From: Lingula anatina
Taxonomy: Eukaryota > Animalia > Brachiopoda
Direction: 5' to 3'
DNA: 64,000 nucleotides
Assembly: GCA_051362555.1 (NCBI GenBank)
Contig: CM120643.1
Span: 29,764,848 to 29,828,847, forward strand
Position 1 is the stretch's first letter; every line of letters starts with the position of its first letter. The position numbers were made by a program, and so were the translations under genes. This document shows positions 1-11,778 of the stretch, piece by piece. The notes beneath the pieces were generated by a model. It was given only the letters and a program-made list of their open reading frames with translations. It did no database searches and was not told the origin of the DNA.

Positions 1-37
1 AAAATAAACTTAAACTTTTAAGCCGATGAATGTCTAG

Positions 38-96
38 GTGGTTGGCACAGCGACCTCATGGACGAGTGGAACAGCGTGCAGGCACTAATGACCAAT
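38..96 (+). CDS. Possible small internal exon of a gene lying mostly outside the window
   Basis: Flanked by tgtctAG and GTAAGT; open frame GWHSDLMDEWNSVQALMTN. No family recognised. Confidence 0.25.
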
Positions 97-426
97 GTAA
101 GTAAAGTAAAGGTTGTGTTTCTTGTTCGAACCCTACACCTTCTAAATTATTATTATTATTTGTTATTCCGATATTTTTTCGATATTTTTTATTTTTTCGT
201 TACCAGTGCAATTTTACAATTTATCATAATAAATCCATCACACTTTTTCTTTAAACTCAAACTGACAAAGGAACGAATGTTACATAAAATAAGACAAATC
301 GGCAGTGTTTCCAAAGACCTTTAACTGCTACATTAAAGTAGAAAATAGTGTTTCCAAATATGGCATAGTGTTGTCCATTAAAAAATCATCCCTGAGTGAG
401 TGGGCGAGTGGCTGATAGGTACGTTA

Positions 427-1608
427 AGCCTCGGTCACAATCGGACAAAAAAGATTTAAGGACCGTACGTCCCTCACGAATTTTGGGTGCAGTGGAGGTC
501 GTGGGGTTCGTAGAGGTAGAGGAAAATCTACCTTGCGAGGCGCCAGGGCCACGAGCTGTCCTTCAAGCAGTGATGCTAATTGCAAGGAGCGATGGCCGTG
601 GAAATTGTACTCATTTCTTGAGTTTGTCTTGCTTCCTGTGTACGTGGCACACACTCACCACTAACGAAGGGAATGCAACGCACGGCGAAAGTAGTGCCCT
701 TTTACGTCAGTTTTGCTTCACACTTGCCTCACACGTTTGTTATGACGTACTGACGGCATATGCCAGTTTTGCTTCCTGTTCTCCCCTTCTTTCTTCTTCC
801 TCCTCCTTTTTTTCTGCTATTTAAGCTTCTTTCTCTTACCCTTTGGAGGCATATTAGAAACTAAATTGAGCAAAAATTTGAAAATTTTGAGAACTGTTGT
901 ACACGTTATACAGCCGACGTTCATTGTAAAGACACGCGCGTGCGTCGTGAGCACACCTTTTATACACCAGACGTGGGGGTGACGGACGTGCGATGCATTC
1001 CCGGTGTGCTCTCGACTTTGTTCGTTAGTTGTGAGGGCGTGCGCCTTACTCAACACGCCAAGGGCACTTTGGCGTGCGTTTTGCACGTCTCACTTTCTAA
1101 CTCCGTGAGAGGGGAGCAAGTTACGTGCGTTTTGCACGTCTCACTTTCTAACTCCGTGAGAGGGGAGCAAGTTACGGTTGCCGCCTCGCTGTTCGAAAGG
1201 TGTTCGTAGAATCTTTTGAACATGTCCAACATCCACCGTACGTGCTTACAGACATGTCTGCGAACTCGATTTTTCGTAAAGCCTAGGTCCCAACTACGTT
1301 TTGGACGCACGGTTTTAAGGTTCCTTGCGACCGGCTAGGACGTAGCTAGATCGCACGTAGTGGCTGTTGATCATGTCGAAAAGTTTCTACGTGCTGTTTG
1401 CGTCCTCCAAAAGTCGCACGATGGACGTGCTCCTCACGCACGAACTCCCACATTTTCCCCATATTTTTGGCCGTAGACCACACGTAGCCGCCCGTACGTT
1501 CGGTTGGGACCTAGGCTTAAGAAGGACCTGCGTGGGACATGAGATTCTGCGTAAAATTTGGACGCAAACAGCCCGTAAGAGCCCGTACGGCCGGCTACGA
1601 CCGAGGCT
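427..1608. mobile_element. Non-autonomous PIF/Harbinger-type DNA transposon (family copy 1)
   Basis: TIRs AGCCTCGGTCACAATCGG / CCGGCTACGACCGAGGCT, TTA on both sides (424-426, 1609-1611); related copy at 10803-11778; internal 51-bp tandem duplication near 1073-1175. Confidence 0.85.
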
Positions 1609-1638
1609 TTAGGCTCCGGGTGTTGAGGAAGGACGTTA

Positions 1639-1942
1639 AGCCCAGATTATATTTACACGGGCGCCGTGCGATGAAATTGTCTGTACAATATTTTTAAATC
1701 GTAAGGAGCTACGATACTTTACATTAAATCCGTATTAAATCCGTACGATTCCGCACCATTTCGCACGGCCACCGTCTACCTCCGCTCAGACGCCGTACAA
1801 AAATAGTATTACGCGCAGTATACGTGCACCGTGCTGAGGCCTTTGTCCAACAGTGGAACACTATAGGCTCTAAATGATGATGATGATGATGATGATGATA
1901 CGTGCACCGTACGGGCATCGCATCTCAAATGTTATCTAGGCT
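1639..1942. mobile_element. Small Harbinger-type MITE
   Basis: Imperfect TIRs AGCCCAGATTATATTT / AAATGTTATCTAGGCT, TTA target duplication (1636-1638, 1943-1945); contains a (TGA)n tract. Confidence 0.7.
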
Positions 1943-2129
1943 TTAGTTACAGTTTACTGCGAAGCGTATCTTTTTTCTTCTTACTTATCTACTTTATGAG
2001 TGACTGGGGCATTTACTGTGTGATATATAAACCTATTCATTAATAAATCCCACATCTTGTGTGTTTGTGGCAGTTCTTTGTTTGAATCAGTAAGATAAGA
2101 AATAATGGAGAGCACTGTGGGAGTCATTT

Positions 2130-2430
2130 ATATGAAAAATGAGGACAGTCCAGGTGTTACACTGCCTGGTGTGTTGACACCCTGGATTGATCGTTAACCT
2201 TATCAAATTTAAAGCTATTGCAGACTTCTAATGCAATATCTGAGCACCATCAGCTCTCTTTGGCTCTTGGTCTGACTGAAATGACAAGTTGTTGCAGTTT
2301 TGTAACAGGATATAAGCCATATCCAGGCTACAGGTAGTTGCCCACAAGTCAAACGATTTATTCTCGCTCCGTTGAAAATCAATGCTAAAGTGCAATTGCC
2401 GATTCCTTGTGCTATCTTTGCTATCTAACT
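2130..2430 (-). pseudogene. Decayed coding-like segment, paralogous to 23930-24270
   Basis: Nucleotide similarity to 23930-24270 (ATGAGGACAGTC..CACTGCCTGGTGT, CTTGGTCTGRCTGARATGRCAAGTTG). Minus-strand peptides align (KLQQLVISVRPRAKES*WCS vs KWRQLAISARPSDKDSRLCS), with stops. Confidence 0.35.
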
Positions 2431-2619
2431 CTTAAGAAAGGGGCGTATTCGTAATAGTCAAAGTGCATTGCTAGAATACGATAACGGTATTAGTCCTGCA
2501 GAAAAACGTTTTGGCGAGGAAACTAGCTATTAAGGTAAGTATATGTGTAAGGGAATCATAAAAAATTAATGATCGATTTATTAAGACTAAATGGCAGGAG
2601 TAGTATAAAACATCGACAT

Positions 2620-5600
2620 AGATATTCAGCAGTGTCAGTACAGTGGGTTAACAGCAGACACATTAAGATATCCAGTAGTGTCAGTACAGTGGGTTAACAG
2701 CAGACACATTAAGATATCCAGTAGTGTCAGTACAGTGGGTTAACAGCAGACACATTAAGATATCCAGTAGTGTCAGTACAGTGTGTTAACAGCAGACACA
2801 TTAAGATATCCAGTAGTGTCAGTACAGTGGGTTAACAGCAGACACATTAAGATATCCAGTAGTGTCAGTACAGTGGGTTAACAGCAGACACATTAAGATA
2901 TCCAGTAGTGTCAGTACAGTGGGTTAACAGCAGACACATTAAGATATCCAGTAGTGTCAGTACAGTGGGTTAACAGCAGACACATTAAGATATCCAGTAG
3001 TGTCAGTACAGTGGGTTAACAGCAGACACATTAAGATATCCAGTAGTGTCAGTACAGTGGGTTAACAGCAGACACATTAAGATATCCAGTAGTGTCAGTA
3101 CAGTGGGTTAACCCACTGTACTGACACATTAAGATATCCAGTAGTGTCAGTACAGTGGGTTAACAGCAGACACATTAAGATATCCAGTAGTGTCAGTACA
3201 GTGGGTTAACAGCAGACACATTAAGATATCCAGTAGTGTCAGTACAGTGGGTTAACAGCAGACACATTAAGATATCCAGTAGTGTCAGTACAGTGGGTTA
3301 ACAGCAGACACATTAAGATATCCAGTAGTGTCAGTACAGTGGGTTAACAGCAGACACATTAAGATATCCAGTAGTGTCAGTACAGTGGGTTAACCCACTG
3401 TACTGACACATTAAGATATCCAGTAGTGTCAGTACAGTGGGTTAACAGCAGACACATTAAGATATCCAGTAGTGTCAGTACAGTGGGTTAACAGCAGACA
3501 CATTAAGATATCCAGTAGTGTCAGTACAGTGGGTTAACCCACTGTACTGACACATTAAGATATCCAGTAGTGTCAGTACATTGGGTTAACAGCAGACACA
3601 TTAAGATATCCAGTAGTGTCAGTACAGTGGGTTAACAGCAGACACATTAAGATATCCAGTAGTGTCAGTACAGTGGGTTAACAGCAGACACCTTAAGATA
3701 TCCAGTAGTGTCAGTAAAGTGGGTTAACCCACTGTACTGACACATTAAGATATCCAGTAGTGTCAGTACAGTGGGTTAACAGCAGACACATTAAGATATC
3801 CAGTAGTGTCAGTACAGTGTGTTAACAGCAGACACATTAAGATATCCAGTAGTGTCAGTACAGTGGGTTAACAGCAGACACATTAAGATATCCAGTAGTG
3901 TCAGTACAGTGGGTTAACCCACTGTACTGACACATTAAGATATCCAGTAGTGTCAGTACAGTGTGTTAACAGCAGACACATTAAGATATCCAGTAGTGTC
4001 AGTACAGTGTGTTAACAGCAGACACATTAAGATATCCAGTAGTGTCAGTACAGTGGGTTAACAGCAGACACATTAAGATATCCAGTAGTGTCAGTACAGT
4101 GTGTTAACAGCAGACACATTAAGATATCCAGTAGTGTCAGTAAAGTGGGTTAACCCACTGTACTGACACATTAAGATATCCAGAAGTGTCAGTACAGTGG
4201 GTTAACAGCAGACACATTAAGATATCCAGTAGTGTCAGTACAGTGTGTTAACCCACTGTACTGACACATTAAGATATCCAGTAGTGTCAGTACAGTGTGT
4301 TAACAGCAGACACATTAAGATATCCAGTAGTGTCAGTACAGTGGGTTAACAGCAGACACATTAAGATATCCAGTAGTGTCAGTACAGTGGGTTAACAGCA
4401 GACACATTAAGATATCCAGTAGTGTCAGTACAGTGGGTTAACAGCAGACACATTAAGATATCCAGTAGTGTCAGTACAGTGTGTTAACAGCAGACACATT
4501 AAGATATCCAGTAGTGTCAGTAAAGTGGGTTAACCCACTGTACTGACACATTAAGATATCCAGTAGTGTCAGTACAGTGGGTTAACAGCAGACACATTAA
4601 GATCTCCAGTAGTGTCAGTTCAGTGTGTTAACAGCAGACACATTAAGATATCCAGTAGTGTCAGTACAGTGGGTTAACAGCAGACACATTAAGATATCCA
4701 GTAGTGTCAGTACAGTGGGTTAACCCACTGTACTGACACATTAAGATATCCAGTAGTGTCAGTACAGTGTGTTAACAGCAGACACATTAAGATATCCAGT
4801 AGTGTCAGTACAGTGTGTTAACAGCAGACACATTAAGATATCCAGTAGTGTCAGTACAGTGGGTTAACAGCAGACACATTAAGATATCCAGTAGTGTCAG
4901 TACAGTGGGTTAACAGCAGACACATTAAGATATCCAGTAGTGTCAGTAAAGTGGGTTAACCCACTGTACTGACACATTAAGATATCCAGTAGTGTCAGTA
5001 CAGTGGGTTAACAGCAGACACATTAAGATATCCAGTAGTGTCAGTACAGTGGGTTAACAGCAGACACATTAAGATATCCAGTAGTGTCAGTACAGTGGGT
5101 TAACAGCAGACACATTAAGATATCCAGTAGTGTCAGTACAGTGGGTTAACAGCAGACACATTAAGATATCCAGTAGTGTCAGTAAAGTGGGTTAACCCAC
5201 TGTACTGACACATTAAGATATCCAGTAGTGTCAGTACAGTGGGTTAACAGCAGACACATTAAGATATCCAGTAGTGTCAGTACAGTGGGTTAACAGCAGA
5301 CACATTAAGATATCCAGTAGTGTCAGTTCAGTGTGTTAACAGCAGACACATTAAGATATCCAGTAGTGTCAGTACAGTGGGTTAACAGCAGACACATTAA
5401 GATATCCAGTAGTGTCAGTACAGTGTGTTAACAGCAGACACATTAAGATATCCAGTAGTGTCAGTACAGTGTGTTAACAGCAGACACATTAAGATATCCA
5501 GTAGTGTCAGTACAGTGGGTTAACAGCAGACACATTAAGATATCCAGTAGTGTCAGTACAGTGTGTTAACAGCAGACACATTAAGATATCCAGTAGTGTC

Positions 5601-6678
5601 AGTAAAGTGGGTTAACCCACTGTACTGACACATTAAGATATCCAGTAGTGTCAGTACAGTGGGTTAACAGCAGACACATTAAGATATCCAGTAGTGTCAG
5701 TACAGTGGGTTAACAGCAGACACATTAAGATATCCAGTAGTGTCAGTACAGTGGGTTAACAGCAGACACATTAAGATATCCAGTAGTGTCAGTACAGTGT
5801 GTTAACAGCAGACACATTAAGATATCCAGTAGTGTCAGTAAAGTGGGTTAACCCACTGTACTGACACATTAAGATATCCAGTAGTGTCAGTACAGTGGGT
5901 TAACAGCAGACACATTAAGATATCCAGTAGTGTCAGTACAGTGTGTTAACAGCAGACACATTAAGATATCCAGTAGTGTCAGTACAGTGGGTTAACAGCA
6001 GACACATTAAGATATCCAGTAGTGTCAGTACAGTGGGTTAACAGCAGACACATTAAGATAACCAGTAGTGTCAGTACAGTGGGTTAACAGCAGAAACATT
6101 AAGATATCCAGTAGTGTCAGTACTGTGGGTTAACAGCAGACACATTAAGATATCCAGTAGTGTCAGTACAGTGGGTTAACAGCAGACACATTAAGATATC
6201 CAGTAGTGTCAGTACAGTGGGTTAACAGCAGACACATTAAGATATCCAGTAGTGTCAGTACAGTGGGATAACAGCAGACACATTAAGATATCCAGTAGTG
6301 TCAGTACAGTGGGTTAACTGCAGACACATTAAGATATCCAGTAGGGTCAGTACAGTGGGTTAACAACAGACACAATAAGATATCCAGTAGTGTCAGTAAA
6401 GTGGGTTAACAGCAGACACATTAAGATATCCAGTAGTGTCAGTACTGTGGGTTAACAGCAGACACATTAAGATAACCAGTAGTGTCAGTACTGTGGGTTA
6501 ACAGCAGACACATTAAGATATCCAGTAGTGTCAGTACAGTGGGTTAACAGCAGACACATTAAGATATCCAGTAGTGTCAGTACAGTGGGTTAACAACATA
6601 CACATTAAGATATCCAGTAGTGTCAGTACAGTGGGTTAACAGCAGACACATTAAGATATCCAGTAGTGTCAGTACAGT
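2620..6678. repeat. 46-bp minisatellite (~4 kb, roughly 85 units) with interspersed 52-bp palindromic variant
   Basis: Unit GACACATTAAGATATCCAGTAGTGTCAGTACAGTGGGTTAACAGCA; in the variant, ACAGCA is replaced by ACCCACTGTACT. Confidence 0.98.
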
Positions 6679-7982
6679 AATTAATATATATACCATGGCC
6701 ATACCAGCATACGCGTGCATCTTTTAGACGCCCCTTAACATGCGAAAAAGACATGCACCGTGTCTATTTCGTATGTTATAATCCCTATAGCAGCAAACTG
6801 ACAAGGCCCATGCCGCATTCGTCTTTCACTACAGAGCTTTGAGCCCCAAAAATGACATGGTTGTGTCTGTTTCGCCACTTATTGAACTCCATAGATGCGA
6901 GATTGACACGACTCATGACGCGTTCGCCTCTTATTGTGGATATTTGAGCTTCAAATGGCTACGTTATAAAAAGCAATGTTTCATTAATTGGAGCCAGCAA
7001 GTTACGAAATAAGCATGACTATGTCAATTTCGTGTTTTATAAGATGCAGAGTATAAGACAAATGCAGCGTGGGTCTGGTCAATTTCGCATCTATTGGCCT
7101 GAGTGAATGACGAACAATGGTATATCCAGTGGTGTATGTACGGTTGCCTGGCAGTAGCTGGTTGTTTTCAGAAAGATGTATTTGCTACATGTTATTGAAT
7201 GTGATAGGACAACAAGTCTGAGCATGGTGTAATCACTGCCCCTTAAAAACAGTTGCTAGTGTACTGTACATGTACCCTCTGATATCTCAGTGGTTTCTTG
7301 TACAGCCTGTTAAAAATTGAAGAATATTTAGTGATTTTGTAACAGACTATAGTTGCGACCCCTGTGCACTAAGTGTACTTGTATCTCAACTCGATGGATT
7401 CACCCTGTTTGTAATGGTAATATGCATCAGAAACTTTGTGTGGATATCAGTAAGTACAATTAAGTATTTCTCACGCATCCAAAGAATTTTAGTCACTTAT
7501 ATTATTTTTTAATGTGATTTTTTCTTGTATTTGGTTATTTCCATGTATATTAACTGGACAGGCTGCTATTCTATCTCGTCAAACTTCCATATATGTGAGT
7601 CCTGAATTATTATCATGGTCATGTGTTAGAATTAATATAGTGGGGCATTGTAGGCCGCCTTGTAAAGTAGAACTGGTATTAGATAAAGATGATAAACTGT
7701 ACACATGTATGTACATTGCATTCGTAATAGTTTCTGCCTTGGTGTAAATGTTGTGCACAGCAATGACGGAACCAGATCGTATAAACCGTGACAAAACCAA
7801 ACAGATTCAATTCTAAGTGCCTTACATGCAATGTGCTCAAATTGCCCTCATCGACTTTACCACACTGAAACCCCCACAAAACCCCCAAGAGGTCCTGGGT
7901 CCACCATTGACACTGTTCATATTGTTGTTTAAAAATATTTAAAATACACATTTAAACGTCTGTTTCAGCCCACTAGGCCACA

Positions 7983-8646
7983 ATGCCAATACTTGATAAC
8001 AAGGCGTACCGGAAACAGCTTCGTGCATGGATTGGTGACCCGGCCTTGACCTTTGACCTCCTGTACAGCGCCTCCAGAGACGGCTGCACTGGTCAGGCTT
8101 TCCATGAGAAGTGCAACAACCAGGGTCCGACTGTTTCTATTGGTCAAAACAGTGCTGGTTACGTCATAGGGGGATACACAATCATTGCCTGGTCATCATG
8201 CGGAAATTATGTTAATGATGTCCGTGCATTTTTGTTCCAACTCATCCCAAACATGGTAAAGTTTGCTCGCAATGGAAACGGGAATGATGTTTATGACAAC
8301 GTCACATATGGCCCCACGTTTGGAGGTGATTTAAACTATAATCAGACGGCTTTTGATACTGTTGACAGTTATGGTTATGGGCTAGATATGGAAGAGGAAT
8401 ACAGGTATGAATATTGGAATAGTATGAGAAGGGGGATTGGGGCCCCAGTCCAGAGGCCAGGTGTTTCTGAGCCCTGTGGAAACGATCTGTTGTTTTTTTC
8501 CAATTCATACAATAAATCTGGCGGTTATTTCAACACAAATGGCTGCAGTTACATCGGTACTAATTATGACGCCAATGGTTACAACGCCCAAACATTTACT
8601 GGAAACAACAACGCCTATCTCGATATTGAAGTATACGCTGTTAAAC
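7983..8646 (+). CDS. IFI44L: IFI44-like copy A, TLDc-domain exon (open)
   Basis: Acceptor tttcAG at 7968, ATG 7983, donor GTAAGT at 8647; TLDc motifs; 50-aa insert relative to copy B. Confidence 0.9.
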
Positions 8647-9071
8647 GTAAGTGCCATTATACTAATCAACTGTATATTAAACAATGTTTGATTTCATGCA
8701 ACGTTTCAGTAATCATTTTCTCAGTTGTGATTAAATAGTTAGAGCAATTCAACGAAATTGCAAAGTTTTCTTCCTGGTTATTTGTAATGAATAAAATGAT
8801 GAAACTATAATACGTTCCATTTTATTATATTGCACGACGATGAATAATTTTACTTCTTTTCATTATTAAATCATAGTAATAGATATGATGCCTGTTTCAC
8901 GGCCCGATTAATATACATAGTTTGAGAACAATGGATATTAATCAACAGGATATTTATCTTTAGAGCTGTTAAATGTCAAACACCAAGTCTACAGAGCTCA
9001 CATTGAAGATCCTTAGTTTCAGTCAAAGAGAGAGATATTGAAGAGAGCACGCAGCAATGTCTAAATTTTAG

Positions 9072-9164
9072 ACTAGAGACAAACTTTTTGATGAGTTGGT
9101 GTCATTCTCCACTCCAAGCCCGGCCAAAGTGCCCGCCGCACGGCTCCTCCTGGTGGGCAGTGTG
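9072..9164 (+). pseudogene. Out-of-order duplicate fragment of IFI44-like exon 3
   Basis: Near-identical to 13317-13409, including the acceptor attttAG; ends abruptly at the RTE LINE. Confidence 0.85.
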
Positions 9165-10262
9165 TCTGCTGTTAACGCTTACAGCGTAAGCTACGTCAGA
9201 TGCAGGACTCCTTGTTGTGTACCAAAGCTGACGAAATACAGAGGTTCGCAGACAGACAGGATATGAAAAACTTTTACAATGCTTTAAGAGAAGTCTATGG
9301 TCCCATTACCTCCGGTTCTGCCCCTCTCCTCAGTGCTGATCGTTCTATTCTAATCACTGACAAAGGAAAGATCCTTGAAAGGTGGGCAGAATACTTGAAA
9401 CTGAACTGAACCGCCCCTCTACCATCAATGATGATGCAATCGACTGTCTCCCCCAGGTACCAATCAATGAGTCACTGGATGACATTCCAACTTTCACCAG
9501 CTGCACAGTGGCAAACCACCTGGCTCAGACTCCATCCCAGCTGAAATCTACAAAGTTGGTGGCAAAGTGCTGACTGAGAAGTTCCAACAACTGCTCCAGG
9601 TCATCTGGCAGCACGAGACAGTTCTACAGGACTTTAAATATGTTTCCATTATACAAGGTGGCAATCATCGTGGAATATCACTTCTATCCATTTCAGGCAA
9701 GGTCCTAGCCAGAGTTCTACTTATTCTTCTAATAGCCCACCTCGAACAGGGTCTCCTTCCAGAAAGAACGTGGAATGATTGACATGGTGTTTGCAGCTAG
9801 GCAGCTCCAAGAGAAATGCCAGGAACAGAATGTGGACCTTTACTCCACTTATGTGGACCAGACCACGGCGTTTAATGCTGTGAGCAGAGACGGCCTTTGG
9901 AGAAGCATGGCAAAGTACGGGTGCGCCAGAAAATTCACAATTATAAACAATTACATGGTGGAATGCTTGCATGAGTTCAAGATAATGGAGAGACCTCAAA
10001 TCAATGAACAGACGGAAATGGCGTTCAGATGCTCACTATGGCGCCAAAGCCTATGAAAACAAGACAGAAAAACAAAAACACGCCAGAAAAAGCAGTACCA
10101 GCAAGCCCTTGACAGCAGCCACCATTCCCTGCCCACACTGCAGCCAGTCCTTTGAGCGCAGATTGGCCTTACCAGGCATTTGCACATACACACACAGAAC
10201 ACTAATCATTCATTGATAGGATAATTAGATGGTCTTCGTTGATCCCGACAGACGAACCACAT
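9165..10262 (+). mobile_element. 5'-truncated, internally deleted RTE-clade LINE
   Basis: Frameshifted RT fragments (KNFYNALREVYGP; NHRGISLLSISGKVLARVL; DMVFAARQLQEKCQEQN..YVDQTTAFNAVSRDGLW) and C-terminal CPHC zinc-finger region. Confidence 0.88.
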
Positions 10263-10284
10263 TAATCTCTAATTATTTTTACAG

Positions 10285-10361
10285 AGGGAAATCTGGAAGA
10301 TGAATTGTATGAGAAAGATAAGCCATGGCGCAAAACTGAGATTAACGACTGGAGTAATAAG
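10285..10361 (+). CDS. IFI44L: IFI44-like copy A exon 2 (linker)
   Basis: AG/GT boundaries, 77 bp like 27018-27094; GNLEDELYEKDKPWRK. Confidence 0.8.
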
Positions 10362-10802
10362 GTATATGTACATGTAGCTCTTTGACGAAACTAAATATAA
10401 AAATAAAAAATAAAAAAAAAATTAAAGGTACGACTTTTACAAGCTTTCATTCTTTCTAATTTTTGTAGTATACAGTGTGCTCCCTTGCCTTTATGTTAAT
10501 ACGATTGCTAAATTATTTAACACATTTCATAGTAACTTTTCTAATCGTTTCTTTTTTGTTTAGATTTTTGAGATTCTGATTCAGGGAACCATAGCGCGCA
10601 TTCAATATTTTAAGAAAACCGGCACATTTCAAGTTATTAGAGAGCTTTCGCACCTGCACGTTTAGGCGACTGACTACATTTAGCTATCCGTAACCGTAAA
10701 ATGACCGACGTTTATTTTTTCGTGATTTCGCAGAAAGACCCGTTTAGCCTTTACGGATAGTCGAATTGTATAGTAGGCTGATACATGTTTCACATGCTGT
10801 AA

Positions 10803-11778
10803 AGCCTCGGTCACAACCGGACGCACGAATTTCAGGATCGTACGACCCCTGCGATTTTGGGGTGTTGCGGAGGCCGTAGAGGTCGTAGAGGTAGAGGAAA
10901 GTCTTCCTTCCCAGCAGACAATCGACGTTGATTCACCGTTGAATCAATGTTAATTTTGGTGGATCAACGTTGAATCAACGTAGAATAAATGTCGTTTGCC
11001 TGCTGGGTTGGGAGTCGCAAGGCCCCATGTGATGTCCTTTCAGGCAGGGACGCTAATTGCAAGGAGCGATGGTCGTGGAAATTGTATTCATTTTTTTGAG
11101 TTTGTTTTGCTTCCTGTGTACGTGGCACACACTCACCACTTATGAAGGGAATGCAAAGCGCGGCGAAAGTAGTGCCCTTTTGCGTCAGTTTTGCTTCTCA
11201 CTTGCCTCACACGTTTGTGGTGATGTACGGCTTTCTTCCTCCTCCCTTTTTTCCACTATGTAAGCTTCTTTCTCTTGCCTTTTGGAGGCATATTAGAAAC
11301 AAAATTGAGCAAGAATTTGAAAATTTTGAAAATTGCTGTACACGTTACATAGTCGATGTTCATTGTAAAGACACAAGCGTTCGTCGTGAGCACGCCTTTT
11401 ATATACAGGCGTGGGGGTGACGCACGTGCGACGTATTCCCGGTGTGCTCTCGACTTTGTTCGTTATAGTTGTGAGGGCGTGCGCCTTACTCAACACGCAA
11501 AGGGCACTTGCTCCTTCATTGCTTGCGATGAGCGTCTTGCACAACGCGCGTTTCTCTTGCTAACTCCGTGCGAGGGGAGCAAGTTATGCTTGCGGCCTCG
11601 CTGTTCGCAGGCTATTCGTAGAAGCTTTTGGACATGTCCAGCATCCTCCGTACGTGCTTACGGGCTGTCTGCGAACTCGAAATTGCGTAAGAAGGCCTTG
11701 AGTGGGACGTGAGATTCTGCGCAAATTTTGGACGCAAACAGCCCGTAAGAGCCCGTGCGGCCGGTTGTGACCGAGGCT
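10803..11778. mobile_element. Non-autonomous Harbinger-type element (family copy 2), nested in the Pangu-like element
   Basis: Perfect TIRs AGCCTCGGTCACAACCGG / CCGGTTGTGACCGAGGCT; colinear with 427-1608. Confidence 0.85.
10910..11007. mobile_element. 98-bp MITE nested in 10803-11778
   Basis: CCCAGCAG...CTGCTGGG ends, TT duplication; absent from the homologous site in 427-1608. Confidence 0.8.

Noticed and set aside
396-1612. Cluster of 76-142 aa ORFs (also 11057-11712)
   Set aside because: They lie within non-autonomous transposon copies and their frames are not conserved between the two copies.
2620-6678. CRISPR-like array (palindromic repeats at regular spacing)
   Set aside because: No unique spacers, no cas genes, eukaryotic context; it is a head-to-tail minisatellite. 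The same applies to 39570-40200 and 58958-59760.
6690-7123. Possible MITE flanking the 46-bp array (TACCATGG..CAATGGTA, internal subrepeats)
   Set aside because: Inverted match too short and no second copy in the window to confirm it.
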